Assembly (NCBI GenBank): GCA_027034115.1
Contig: JALVJB010000197.1
Location: 1 to 50,579, forward strand
Source: Acidilobaceae archaeon
GTDB lineage: Archaea; Thermoproteota; Thermoprotei_A; Sulfolobales; Acidilobaceae
Length of the DNA: 50,579 nucleotides
Direction of reading: 5' to 3'
Below, one piece after another: positions 28,730 to 36,700 of this stretch. Made by a program: the position numbers and the translations under genes. Positions within the stretch are counted from its first letter, which is position 1, and each line of letters begins with the position of its first letter. Under the pieces are notes generated by a model. That model saw only the letters and a list, made by a program, of their open reading frames with translations, searched no databases and was not told the origin of the DNA.

Positions 28730-29161
28730 TTGAACCTAAGCCCCCTACTAGCCTTCATAATCCCACTAATTTTCTCACTATCAGCGGGGGCGACGTATAG
28801 AAGCATATATCCCTATGAAACCGTGAAGAGAGCTATCGATAAGATGGCCGAGTACCGCCTTGCAAAAGCCAAGCTCGGCAGGGGTAAGCGAGCAGCTAAA
28901 AAGCTGGCTAAGATCGAGCCAGAGTATAAGAGGGCTAAGAGGCTAGTAACCAGGAGCATTATCGTAAAGATGACCCTCCTAATAGTAACATACATGTTAG
29001 GCAGCATCATAGTATTCGTTAACACGCCAATAATCCCCGCTCCCTTCCACCTCCCACCAATAACGGTAGTAGTAAACGGCCAGCCCTACGTGGAATCACT
29101 AATAATATACTTCACAGTATACGTCATAGTATTCCTAGTATTCCGCGATACCTTCTTATAG
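28730..29161 (+). CDS. DUF106/EMC3-like membrane protein (putative archaeal Oxa1/YidC-like insertase)
   Basis: A TM helix, a basic coiled-coil segment (KLGRGKRAAKKLAKIEPEYKRAKRL), then TM helices. It occupies the conserved slot between adk and rpl34e. The start is TTG. Confidence 0.55.
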   Translation: MNLSPLLAFIIPLIFSLSAGATYRSIYPYETVKRAIDKMAEYRLAKAKLGRGKRAAKKLAKIEPEYKRAKRLVTRSIIVKMTLLIVTYMLGSIIVFVNTPIIPAPFHLPPITVVVNGQPYVESLIIYFTVYVIVFLVFRDTFL

Positions 29162-29201
29162 CGTAAATCCGAGCCCTACTAGAAGCAACGGGGGAGCCGG
29201 A

Positions 29202-29474
29202 GTGGTAAGGCCCGCTCTCCGGAGCAGGCACCTGAGAAGAGTGATGAAGAGGACGCCCGGAGGAGACCTCATAGTACACTATGAGAAGAGGAGGCCTGGC
29301 CCAGCGAGATGCGCCAGGTGTGGGAGACCCCTCAATGGGGTACCGAGGCTGAGGCCGAACAAGCTAAGAGGCCTAAGCAAAACGAGCAAACGCCCGGAGA
29401 GACCCTACGGTGGTGTGCTTTGCCCCCAGTGCCTTGCAGACCTCCTCAGGCAGTCGATAATAGGAAACCAGTAA
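29202..29474 (+). CDS. rpl34e: 50S ribosomal protein L34e
   Basis: RSRHLRRVMKRTPGG...CARCGRPLNGVP...RPYGGVLCPQC is the L34e zinc-ribbon pattern. Confidence 0.9.
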   Translation: MVRPALRSRHLRRVMKRTPGGDLIVHYEKRRPGPARCARCGRPLNGVPRLRPNKLRGLSKTSKRPERPYGGVLCPQCLADLLRQSIIGNQ

Positions 29475-30019
29475 TAGTAGTATCCGGGCCGCCGGGATCC
29501 GGTAAATCAACCTATGCGAAGAGGCTCGCGAGAGATTTCTGCCTCGACTACATCACTACCGGCGCATTCTTCCGGGAGATAGCCAGGGAGAAAGGCCTAA
29601 CCCTATCACAGCTAAGCGAGATCGCCTCGAGGGACCCCTCAATAGACCTGGCCATAGATAAGATGAGTCTAGAAGCCGCTGAGAAGGGAGGAGTAGTGAT
29701 TGACAGCCACCTCGCAGGCTGGGTCTTGTCAGGGCTCGCCCACGTTAGAATACTAGTAACAGCCCCTCTAACCATACGATTGCAGCGTATCTCTTCTAGG
29801 GAAGGGGGCGGGGATAGGATTATTGAAGAGACTGTTGCCCGAGAGTCGCTCCAGGCCGCAAGGTTCTACGAGTACTATGGATACGATACAACCTCCTTCC
29901 AGGGCTTCGACCTTGTCGTTGACACGTCAAGCCTCTCTATAGAGGAAGCTTATGATATAATTTCGAGGTATACTCGGTATAAGCTCTCCGCACTAGGCTT
30001 CCGGTTGCCAGGAGAGTAG
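29429..30019 (+). CDS. cmk: cytidylate kinase, archaeal type
   Basis: P-loop VSGPPGSGKSTYAKRLA and an archaeal Cmk-like body. There is no in-frame ATG near the P-loop. Candidate starts are GTG 29429 and TTG 29420, both inside rpl34e. Confidence 0.8.
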   Translation: MPCRPPQAVDNRKPVIVVSGPPGSGKSTYAKRLARDFCLDYITTGAFFREIAREKGLTLSQLSEIASRDPSIDLAIDKMSLEAAEKGGVVIDSHLAGWVLSGLAHVRILVTAPLTIRLQRISSREGGGDRIIEETVARESLQAARFYEYYGYDTTSFQGFDLVVDTSSLSIEEAYDIISRYTRYKLSALGFRLPGE

Positions 30020-30049
30020 TCCTTATAAAACAGGGATGACCGCAAGCGG

Positions 30050-30355
30050 GTGGTGGGTGGAATAGTAGTGCCAGCGATCGAGGTAGGGAGGCTCTGTGTT
30101 AAAATCTATGGGAGAGAGGCAGGCAGGAAGTGTGTAATAGTCGATATTATCGATGAGAACTTCGTACTCATCACCGGGCCTAAAAACCTAACCGGTGTTA
30201 GAAGAAGGAGAGCCAACATAGACCACATCGAGCCGCTGGACAAGAAAATAGACATAAGCAAGGGAGCAAGCGACGAGGAAGTAATGGATGCCCTAACAAA
30301 GGAGGGCCTAGTCCAATTCATGCAAGAAAGAATCAAGCCGGCCCCCGCCATCTAG
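30050..30355 (+). CDS. rpl14e: 50S ribosomal protein L14e
   Basis: The KOW-like N-terminus reads [35 protein letters not shown], and the product is about 100 aa. Confidence 0.9.
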   Translation: MVGGIVVPAIEVGRLCVKIYGREAGRKCVIVDIIDENFVLITGPKNLTGVRRRRANIDHIEPLDKKIDISKGASDEEVMDALTKEGLVQFMQERIKPAPAI

Positions 30356-30437
30356 ACGCCATGGCGGCTACCACGCTTCCTACCTATTATATTCCTCCCC
30401 GCAGTTAACACTCCTCAATACGGAGGAGAGGCTAGAT

Positions 30438-30703
30438 ATGGGCGAGGACGTAACGCGTAAAGGCCTACGGTTTATCGAGTCAATTAACGAATTCTGCGGC
30501 TATAAGAGGAAATGGCTCGTAAAGCATGACGAGCCAACTGATCCAAGATATGGTTTCCTCCCACCCGAGAGACCGCTCGACAAGTATATCGAGTACGGCG
30601 TGATAAACCTAGATAAGCCTCCTGGGCCGACGAGCCACGAGGTAGTCGCCTGGATAAAGAGGATGTTTGGGATTGAGAGGGCGGGCCATGGGGGGACCCT
30701 AGA
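30438..30703 (+). CDS. cbf5: Cbf5 (TruB-family tRNA/rRNA pseudouridine synthase), exon 1
   Basis: [35 protein letters not shown] ends at the first two bases (GA) of the catalytic Asp codon. Reading on in frame gives EPSQLAE and then a stop. Confidence 0.85.
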
Positions 30704-30743
30704 GCCTAGCCAGCTCGCTGAGTAGGCTGGCTTGGCGGGGAGA
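30704..30743 (+). other. 40-nt bulge-helix-bulge intron in the cbf5 pre-mRNA
   Basis: The central helix is CCCU (30697-700) paired with GGGG (30737-40), flanked by two AGA bulges. An 11-bp inner helix joins 30704-14 and 30726-36. The length is not a multiple of 3 and the intron contains an in-frame TAG. Boundaries are ambiguous by up to 2 nt. Confidence 0.8.
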
Positions 30744-31539
30744 CCCTAAGGTAACAGGAGTACTACCCGTGGCCCTCAAGCGGATGACGAGAGTAGTCGG
30801 GAGCATCATCCACAGTGACAAGGAGTACATATGTGTAATGCAGCTCCACAAGCCAGTAAGCGAGGAAGCCCTTAGGAGAGCCCTATCAGAGCTAGCCGGG
30901 ACGATATACCAGAGGCCCCCGCTGCGGAGTAGCGTTAAAAGAGCCCTTAGGACTAAGAAAGTGTACGAGATAGAACTACTCGAGTATACTGGGAAATACG
31001 CTCTCCTAAGAATATGGAGCGAGGCAGGAACCTACATGAGGAAGATCTGCTGGGACGCTGGCCTAATCCTAGGCGTTGGAGCCCACATGAGAGAGCTCAG
31101 GAGAATACGGACCGGTCCCTTCCATGAAGACAGGAACCTAGTAACAATGCTAGACGTGGCTATAGCCCTCCTACGCTACCGGGAGGAGGGTAAGGAAGAC
31201 CTACTCAGGAAGGTGATCCTACCCGGGGAGTACTCAGTGTGTCACATACCCAAGGTCGTAGTGCGAGACAGTGCGGTAGAGAGTATTGTTCACGGAGCCC
31301 AACTAGCAGTACCGGGCGTGGCAAGGGTTCAGGAGGGAATACGCAGGGGTGATACCGTTGCCCTCCTCACTCTTAAGGGCGAGTTAATAGCGCTAGCCCG
31401 GGCCGAGATGTCTAGTGAGGAGGTAATAGAGAATGAAAAAGGGATAGCCTTCAGGCCGACCCGCGTTATAATGGAGCCAGGACTCTACCCCCGCATGTGG
31501 AAGAAGAAGGACGAGGGTCCCCCAGATGGGCTGTCGTGA
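30744..31539 (+). CDS. cbf5: Cbf5 pseudouridine synthase, exon 2 (includes the PUA domain)
   Basis: It continues (D)[19 protein letters not shown]...[13 protein letters not shown] and ends with a C-terminal PUA-like region. It is in frame with exon 1 only after the 40 nt are removed. Confidence 0.85.
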
Positions 31540-32269
31540 GGGGGGCGATGAGGATTCTGCTGGGAAGTGGAAAAGCCTGGCGAGGAGAGTACTCCTCCTA
31601 TTAGTCCTAGCCCTAGTAATGTGGGGCTACGAGTATTCTAGGGCGATAGCGGCGAAGATTAGCCCGGAGGTCCACTATACAACCCTCCTGTGGTTCGAGG
31701 AGAAGCTATTTGGAACCCCTCTAATCGTGTTCTTTCAAGCGCACAGGACAGCGGTCTTAGACTACTTATTCTCCGGTGTGTACTCGCTACACCCAGCATA
31801 CATAGTACTACTCCTCCTATACCTTCTAGCGAGAAAGGAGAAGCTATACATCCACGCCATAATAAGTGTAGGGTTTGCCGGGCTCATAGCAGTAGTATGT
31901 TACGTGCTCTGCCCGGTGGCACCACCGTGGATAGCAGTACCCGGGATAACAAGAATACAGAATCCTATCCTGGTATACCTCGGAAGAGGCCATAGCATCG
32001 ATCCCAACCCCTACGCTGCCATGCCAAGCATGCACGTGGCCTCAGCCGTACTAGTAGGGTACTATCTCATGAGAGCATTCCCAGGCTCGTTTATAGCGAA
32101 GATAATAACATATTTAATTATAATATTAATGCCGATAGCAGTTATCTATACGGGCAACCACTACCTCCTCGACGTTATAGCCGGCCTCATAGTAGCCTAC
32201 GTAAGCTTAGAGATAGCGGATCTAGCTGTGGATAAACTCTCTCAGAGGCACCATGGGAACTTCCAGTGA
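31526..32269 (+). CDS. PAP2-superfamily membrane phosphatase/phosphotransferase
   Basis: Six TM helices with the PAP2 C2/C3 motifs PSMHVASA and [12 protein letters not shown]. Confidence 0.6.
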   Translation: MGCREGGDEDSAGKWKSLARRVLLLLVLALVMWGYEYSRAIAAKISPEVHYTTLLWFEEKLFGTPLIVFFQAHRTAVLDYLFSGVYSLHPAYIVLLLLYLLARKEKLYIHAIISVGFAGLIAVVCYVLCPVAPPWIAVPGITRIQNPILVYLGRGHSIDPNPYAAMPSMHVASAVLVGYYLMRAFPGSFIAKIITYLIIILMPIAVIYTGNHYLLDVIAGLIVAYVSLEIADLAVDKLSQRHHGNFQ

Positions 32270-33061
32270 ATCGATACCAGCATTGCTAGCAATGACTAGT
32301 ACAGCGCTCTCCCCTCTTCCGAGAGTAACGTTAAGAGCGTATGAAGTAGAATTAAAATTATTATTAAATATATTTATAGTTATTTTGCTAATAGTTAATG
32401 ACTGCTCAATATCGGTTCCCGGCACCGGTATATAATGGCACCCACCGGATAGATTACCTATATATTCATAGTATATAATATCATTCCACGAAAAAATCTT
32501 TGTATCGAAGTAGGCACTGGTATTAGAGCACAGCTCTACTACATAATCTCCCTGCGTGCTTGAGACGTTGAATTCTAGATCTAAAGGAAGAATTATTCCT
32601 TTATTTGGAGGTAATTGGAAAGTATAGTTTTTATGTGCAATAATGGTAATATTCTCGGTGGAACTAAAATTTATTGAATTTTTATATTTATATGTAAGAT
32701 AGATGTTTTTATTGTAATCAGTTTCTTCAAGCATGATTTGATTTATAGAAATATTTAATTTTATTATTGAGATAGAATATCTGGGAGCTGTTACTCCTTT
32801 AAGGAGGAGAGGTATTGGTATTGTATTATTTTTATATATAATTGATATATTATTTATATATAATATATCCTTGTTTTTTGTATTATTTATATATATTTTA
32901 CAAATAATATTGTGTTGGTCGTACAGGCAAAAGCCCTTAATGTTATATGAGCGAGTTTCCTTCTCCTCTACTTGATTATTGGAGTAATTATATATTATGA
33001 TTAATAGTGAAAATATTATAATTAATGTGAATACAGCGGTATATGTAATTTTTTTATTCAT
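32222..33061 (-). CDS. low-GC ORFan: N-terminally anchored, Asn/Ile-rich protein with many N-x-S/T sequons
   Basis: The start is placed at ATG 33061 (MNKKITYTAVFTLIIIFSLLIIIY), about 25 nt downstream of a TATAATTAAAA box. ATG 33079 is an alternative. The track ORF runs into tRNA-Ser. G+C is far below the flanks. Confidence 0.5.
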   Translation of the reverse strand: MNKKITYTAVFTLIIIFSLLIIIYNYSNNQVEEKETRSYNIKGFCLYDQHNIICKIYINNTKNKDILYINNISIIYKNNTIPIPLLLKGVTAPRYSISIIKLNISINQIMLEETDYNKNIYLTYKYKNSINFSSTENITIIAHKNYTFQLPPNKGIILPLDLEFNVSSTQGDYVVELCSNTSAYFDTKIFSWNDIIYYEYIGNLSGGCHYIPVPGTDIEQSLTISKITINIFNNNFNSTSYALNVTLGRGESAVLVIASNAGIDSLEVPMVPLREFIHS

Positions 33062-33098
33062 TATTGACACCGTTATCATCGTTTTAATTATAGCTGGT

Positions 33099-33187
33099 TG
33101 GCGCCGGGGGCGGGATTCGAACCCGCGCCCCCCAGACGGGGGAACGGGTCTCAAGCCCGTCCCCTTGGTCCGCTCGGGCACCCCGGC
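33099..33187 (-). tRNA. tRNA-Ser (anticodon UGA), long variable arm, CCA encoded
   Basis: The reverse complement is GCCGGGGUGCCCGAGCGGACCAAGGGGACGGGCUUGAGACCCGUUCCCCCGUCUGGGGGGCGCGGGUUCGAAUCCCGCCCCCGGCGCCA. Confidence 0.9.
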
Positions 33188-33252
33188 GCCCATCTAGACG
33201 GCTCATTGTATAATACTCGGGTGCTACGGGTTTATCTATAATTCTCCTCGTT

Positions 33253-33693
33253 CTAGGTGACTATCAAAAGGTCTATTGGTGATTTTTCAAGTACTTTTTT
33301 TGTGACGCTTCCTAGTATGAATCTTTCGAGCCCTGATAGTTTCCGCTTGCCGAGGACAACTAGGTCGTAACCGTTATCCACTGCGTACTCTACCAGCTCG
33401 TCGCCAGGCTCGCCGATTATAACATCGTAGTTTACTTTTAATCCTTCTCTACTCGCTTTTAGCTTCTCAGCAAGCTGCCCTAGTTTCTCCCTAGTTGCCT
33501 CGGCTAACGGAGAGGTGTCGATGATTTCCGGGGTTAGTAGTTCGCCTAAGAACACTGTTGGGGGAGGAACTACGGTAAGCAGGGTTAACTCTGCTTCCAT
33601 CTTATAGGCTAAGTCCGCTGCTCTCTCGGCAGCTTTGAGTGAAGCATTGCTCCAATCTATCCCGACTAGTATTTTCTTATACACTTCCGCCAC
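33253..33693 (-). CDS. universal stress protein (UspA family)
   Basis: KILVGIDWSNASLKAAERA...DLVVLGKRKLSGLERFILGSVTKKVLEKSPIDLLIV is the typical Usp ATP-binding signature G-x2-G-x9-GS. Confidence 0.85.
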   Translation of the reverse strand: MAEVYKKILVGIDWSNASLKAAERAADLAYKMEAELTLLTVVPPPTVFLGELLTPEIIDTSPLAEATREKLGQLAEKLKASREGLKVNYDVIIGEPGDELVEYAVDNGYDLVVLGKRKLSGLERFILGSVTKKVLEKSPIDLLIVT

Positions 33694-33802
33694 CGTCTAT
33701 TAAGGTCGTGGTGCTGGTGGTATAAGTATGGCCCCTGTGAGGACCGCCACGCGCCCGAGCGTACTATGTGTGAGGAGGGTCCGTGTTACTGAGGGGCCAT
33801 TC

Positions 33803-33863
33803 GGGGATGATGTAATCGAGGTAAACGGACTAGGCTATGGCGAGGTTATCCCCGACTGACCCA
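33803..33863 (+). ncRNA. candidate C/D box sRNA
   Basis: A C-box-like AUGAUGU (33807-13) and a D box CUGA (33856-59) are 42 nt apart. They are flanked by a 3-bp terminal stem (GGG 33804-06 with CCC 33860-62). The internal D' (CGGA) and C' (AUGGCGA) boxes are degenerate. Confidence 0.3.
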
Positions 33864-33882
33864 GTATGGCGGTGACGGTGGT

Positions 33883-34401
33883 ATGCCTGTTAGGTGTAAG
33901 AGGTACGTGGTTGCAAGGGGCTATATAAGAGGGGAGGCGCCGTTAACGAAGAGCCTACGCGAGATTATCAATAGTGGAGGGAGGTTTCTGTGGAAAGATG
34001 AGATAAGCCGCCGGGTCGTGTTCAGGATTAGCCCTAAGAAGCTATTACAGGAGAGGTTTGACTTCGGCGAATTCACGTATGAATACAACCTTTTATGCAT
34101 TGGTGTCGATAAACAATTATTATTAAGAAAAAAGAAGATAAAAATAATTAATAAGAGTGGCCGAAGGATCGTGGCTTATGCGGTGATAGCTGGAAGATAC
34201 GTTTTACTAGAACTAAAAAATAATAAATTATATGTTAAAATTGGAGTGAAGAGCACAGTGGATAAACCACCGTTAATCCTCCCCCCGTCGGCATTCCTTC
34301 TGCGGTTAGAGGACTTAGCAGAAATCGAAGATAATTTAAATATAATAAGGGGAGAATTAATGGGTGGTGGAGGATGCAAGCCGCGGGAGCGGACTTCGTG
34401 A
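33883..34401 (+). CDS. hypothetical protein
   Basis: A 172-aa ORF with an AT-rich, Lys-rich core. I recognise no motif. Its 3' end overlaps the next gene. Confidence 0.35.
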   Translation: MPVRCKRYVVARGYIRGEAPLTKSLREIINSGGRFLWKDEISRRVVFRISPKKLLQERFDFGEFTYEYNLLCIGVDKQLLLRKKKIKIINKSGRRIVAYAVIAGRYVLLELKNNKLYVKIGVKSTVDKPPLILPPSAFLLRLEDLAEIEDNLNIIRGELMGGGGCKPRERTS

Positions 34402-35699
34402 TAGACATAATCATAGCCCTACTGGGCGGCGTACTTATAGGCCTCGAAAGAGAGAGAGCTCAGCTGAGGCCGGATAAGGAGCCGTCTAAAACCGCTACGA
34501 TGCCGGGAATGAGATCCTTCGGCCTCCTTAGCATGTACGGGGCGACCGTCGCATACTTTGCAAAATACCTTGCCGGCGGACTATCGGGGGGCTCTACCAT
34601 TCTGCCAATAGCCTTCTCAAGCTTCGCCCTGATAGTAATAGTCCATGCCTACGCTAGAATGGTTAAACAGAGGGTCCTCGGTATAACAACATACCTAGTG
34701 ATGCTAATAACATTCCTAGTAGGTTTCCTCGCTGGCTTAGGACTACACTTAGAATCGGCCTCGCTCAGCGTGCTAGTCACACTTATACTAGCCCTAAAGT
34801 ATCCGGCTGAGAGGATGGCTGCAAGCATAAGCTACAGCGAGATGCTAGCCCTACTCGAGGTAGCAGCCATATCCCTAGTCGTGGGCCCCATAGTTAAATC
34901 CTACGCGGAAGCGCAAAACGTTGAGATACTATACAAGGTCTATATATTCTTCACAATAATCCTAACAATATCTTTCATAAGCTACGTTGCCGCCCGAGTA
35001 TGGGGCTCCAAGGGGCTACTCTATGCTGCGGCCCTGGGTAGCTTAGTTAACAGTGAGGCGACGATCAGCAGTGTTACATCAATAATATCGAAACTCCAGG
35101 ATAAAGCCCTAAGAAGCAAGCTGTTATCAGCCACGACGAGGATAATACTCTCAATATTACAGGTCAAAAGCGCTGCACTTGTAATAGTAGCCTTCTACCT
35201 GTTCGCGGAGAATATACCTGTTGAAGCTATCCTGGCTGCCGGAATACTAACGCTTGCAGATATAATAGCTGCATTGATGGGGGTAGAATATGACGTCGGG
35301 GCTATGGAGGGTGTTAGAATAGAAGTTAAGAGCCCCCTATCTTGGAGCGTGGCTCTAAGGAGTGCAATAGCTTACTTTTTGCTTATACTAGTCTTCGACG
35401 CTTTGAGCAAGCTTAGCGGGACACTACCACTCGATCTAACCACGGTTATTGTCGCCGCCCTGGGCGGGCTCGCTAATGCCACTGCAACTATACTCTCCCT
35501 CGCAACCGTGTATTCATCAATAAAAGTGAAAATAATATTATTATCAATGTTTATATCCATTGCCACCGCTTCACTAAACAAGATCCTATACGCCGATACT
35601 AGCGAGCTAGCGAGGGACGAAGTCAACGTGATAATCAAGTGGAGCCTAATACTATCGTTGTTCCCTCTACTCGTAGGCATCCTTGTATACACAATCTAG
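34374..35699 (+). CDS. MgtC/SapB family membrane protein with a DUF4010-like C-terminal half
   Basis: The N-terminal ALLGGVLIGLERE motif is the MgtC signature. About 10 TM helices in 441 aa. Confidence 0.65.
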   Translation: MQAAGADFVIDIIIALLGGVLIGLERERAQLRPDKEPSKTATMPGMRSFGLLSMYGATVAYFAKYLAGGLSGGSTILPIAFSSFALIVIVHAYARMVKQRVLGITTYLVMLITFLVGFLAGLGLHLESASLSVLVTLILALKYPAERMAASISYSEMLALLEVAAISLVVGPIVKSYAEAQNVEILYKVYIFFTIILTISFISYVAARVWGSKGLLYAAALGSLVNSEATISSVTSIISKLQDKALRSKLLSATTRIILSILQVKSAALVIVAFYLFAENIPVEAILAAGILTLADIIAALMGVEYDVGAMEGVRIEVKSPLSWSVALRSAIAYFLLILVFDALSKLSGTLPLDLTTVIVAALGGLANATATILSLATVYSSIKVKIILLSMFISIATASLNKILYADTSELARDEVNVIIKWSLILSLFPLLVGILVYTI

Positions 35700-35724
35700 A
35701 CCTAGCCTAGTTAGAACTAGGATG

Positions 35725-35812
35725 TGGTGCGGGGGGTGGGATTTGAACCCACGCAGGCCTACGCCATCGGGTCCTCAGCCCGACCCCTTTGGCCAGGCTC
35801 GGGCACCCCCGC
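35725..35812 (-). tRNA. tRNA-Leu (anticodon GAG), CCA encoded
   Basis: It has the same sequence as the Leu-UAG gene at 26509-26596, apart from position 34 (U to G) and one T-loop base (UUCGAAU to UUCAAAU). Confidence 0.9.
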
Positions 35813-35877
35813 CTGCTCTCCTAGATACCCGGTGTATGGGTGAATATGGGCTCCGGTGTTTATAGAGGTTACGCGCC

Positions 35878-36585
35878 CTACTCCTCTAGTTCAGGCTCTT
35901 CTTCCTCGACCTCTAATAGTGCGAGTATCTCGTTTACAACTTTCTGTGCTTCCCTTCTCTCGCTGTTGCGTCCTTGGGAGATTATCCTGGATATGTTCTC
36001 CGAGATATACTGGTCTAGGTCTCCCTCGTATTCTATTATGGTCCTGCGCAGTACTATCGGCGTGGGCTCAGTGATAGCTCCTCTTATAACTGCTCTATGA
36101 TCGACTGGAGTGACGAGGATCGCTCCCACGTCTAGGTCTCCGTACTTAACTCTGTAAACTACGTCCCCGGTGTCAGTCTCACCGAGTTTCTCGACAGTAA
36201 GCTGGATCTCGCCCTTCATGTATTCCTCAGCGGTTTCTATGGCTTCTTTTACTAGAGGCTCGATTTCTTCGTCAGGGACTCTTCTCCAAACTTGGATCGT
36301 TAGCGTGTCCAGCTTCCACTTAATATTAGGGGGTTCTACCTCGTATTCAACGATTATTCTAACAACATCACCTTTGTCCACGTGGAGTTTATTGACGAGG
36401 ATTTCAAAGAGGAGCCTGTTAAGCTCTGCCGCCGCCTTAGCGACGTCAGAGTTACTCAGCCTCCCAGACTTCACCTCATCCCTTAATTGCGCGAATAGAA
36501 CCCTTCTAACCTTGTCAGCGTAGCCTCCCGCAATTACAAGCCCGGATCTCAGGGTGTAAGGCATTATAAGACACCATATTGTCAT
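35878..36585 (-). CDS. conserved-looking hypothetical protein (possibly the archaeal DUF2258 family) with an acidic tail
   Basis: A 235-aa ORF with genome-typical composition. A TATA-like TTAAAGCATAAAAG lies about 20-30 nt upstream of ATG 36585, so the transcript may be leaderless. The family assignment is from memory only. Confidence 0.5.
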   Translation of the reverse strand: MTIWCLIMPYTLRSGLVIAGGYADKVRRVLFAQLRDEVKSGRLSNSDVAKAAAELNRLLFEILVNKLHVDKGDVVRIIVEYEVEPPNIKWKLDTLTIQVWRRVPDEEIEPLVKEAIETAEEYMKGEIQLTVEKLGETDTGDVVYRVKYGDLDVGAILVTPVDHRAVIRGAITEPTPIVLRRTIIEYEGDLDQYISENISRIISQGRNSERREAQKVVNEILALLEVEEEEPELEE

Positions 36586-36700
36586 TATTAGTTATCTGGA
36601 CTTTTATGCTTTAAGAGAAAGCTCCTAGTATTTTAGCCCGACGGAAGGCCTACACCTATAATCAGCCCGGTGCCTACGGGCCCCACATGGTGGGGCCCGG

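Noticed and set aside
29309-29428. The 5' part of the 236-aa ORF could be a genuine N-terminal extension of Cmk.
   Set aside because: It overlaps rpl34e in another frame and encodes a low-complexity peptide unlike any Cmk. Homology begins only at the P-loop.
30438-31539. The truB/cbf5 gene looks like a frameshifted pseudogene or two separate genes.
   Set aside because: Removing exactly 40 nt restores the frame and the conserved GTLDPKVTG catalytic motif. The removed segment folds into a bulge-helix-bulge splice substrate. Both halves are otherwise intact.
32800-32900. AT-rich repeats, including ATTATTTATATATA twice here and ATT runs at 45600-45650, could be CRISPR, MITE or IS remnants.
   Set aside because: They are short, irregularly spaced, low-complexity sequences inside open reading frames (encoding YINN and I/L-rich TM segments). 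There is no repeat-spacer periodicity and there are no terminal inverted repeats.
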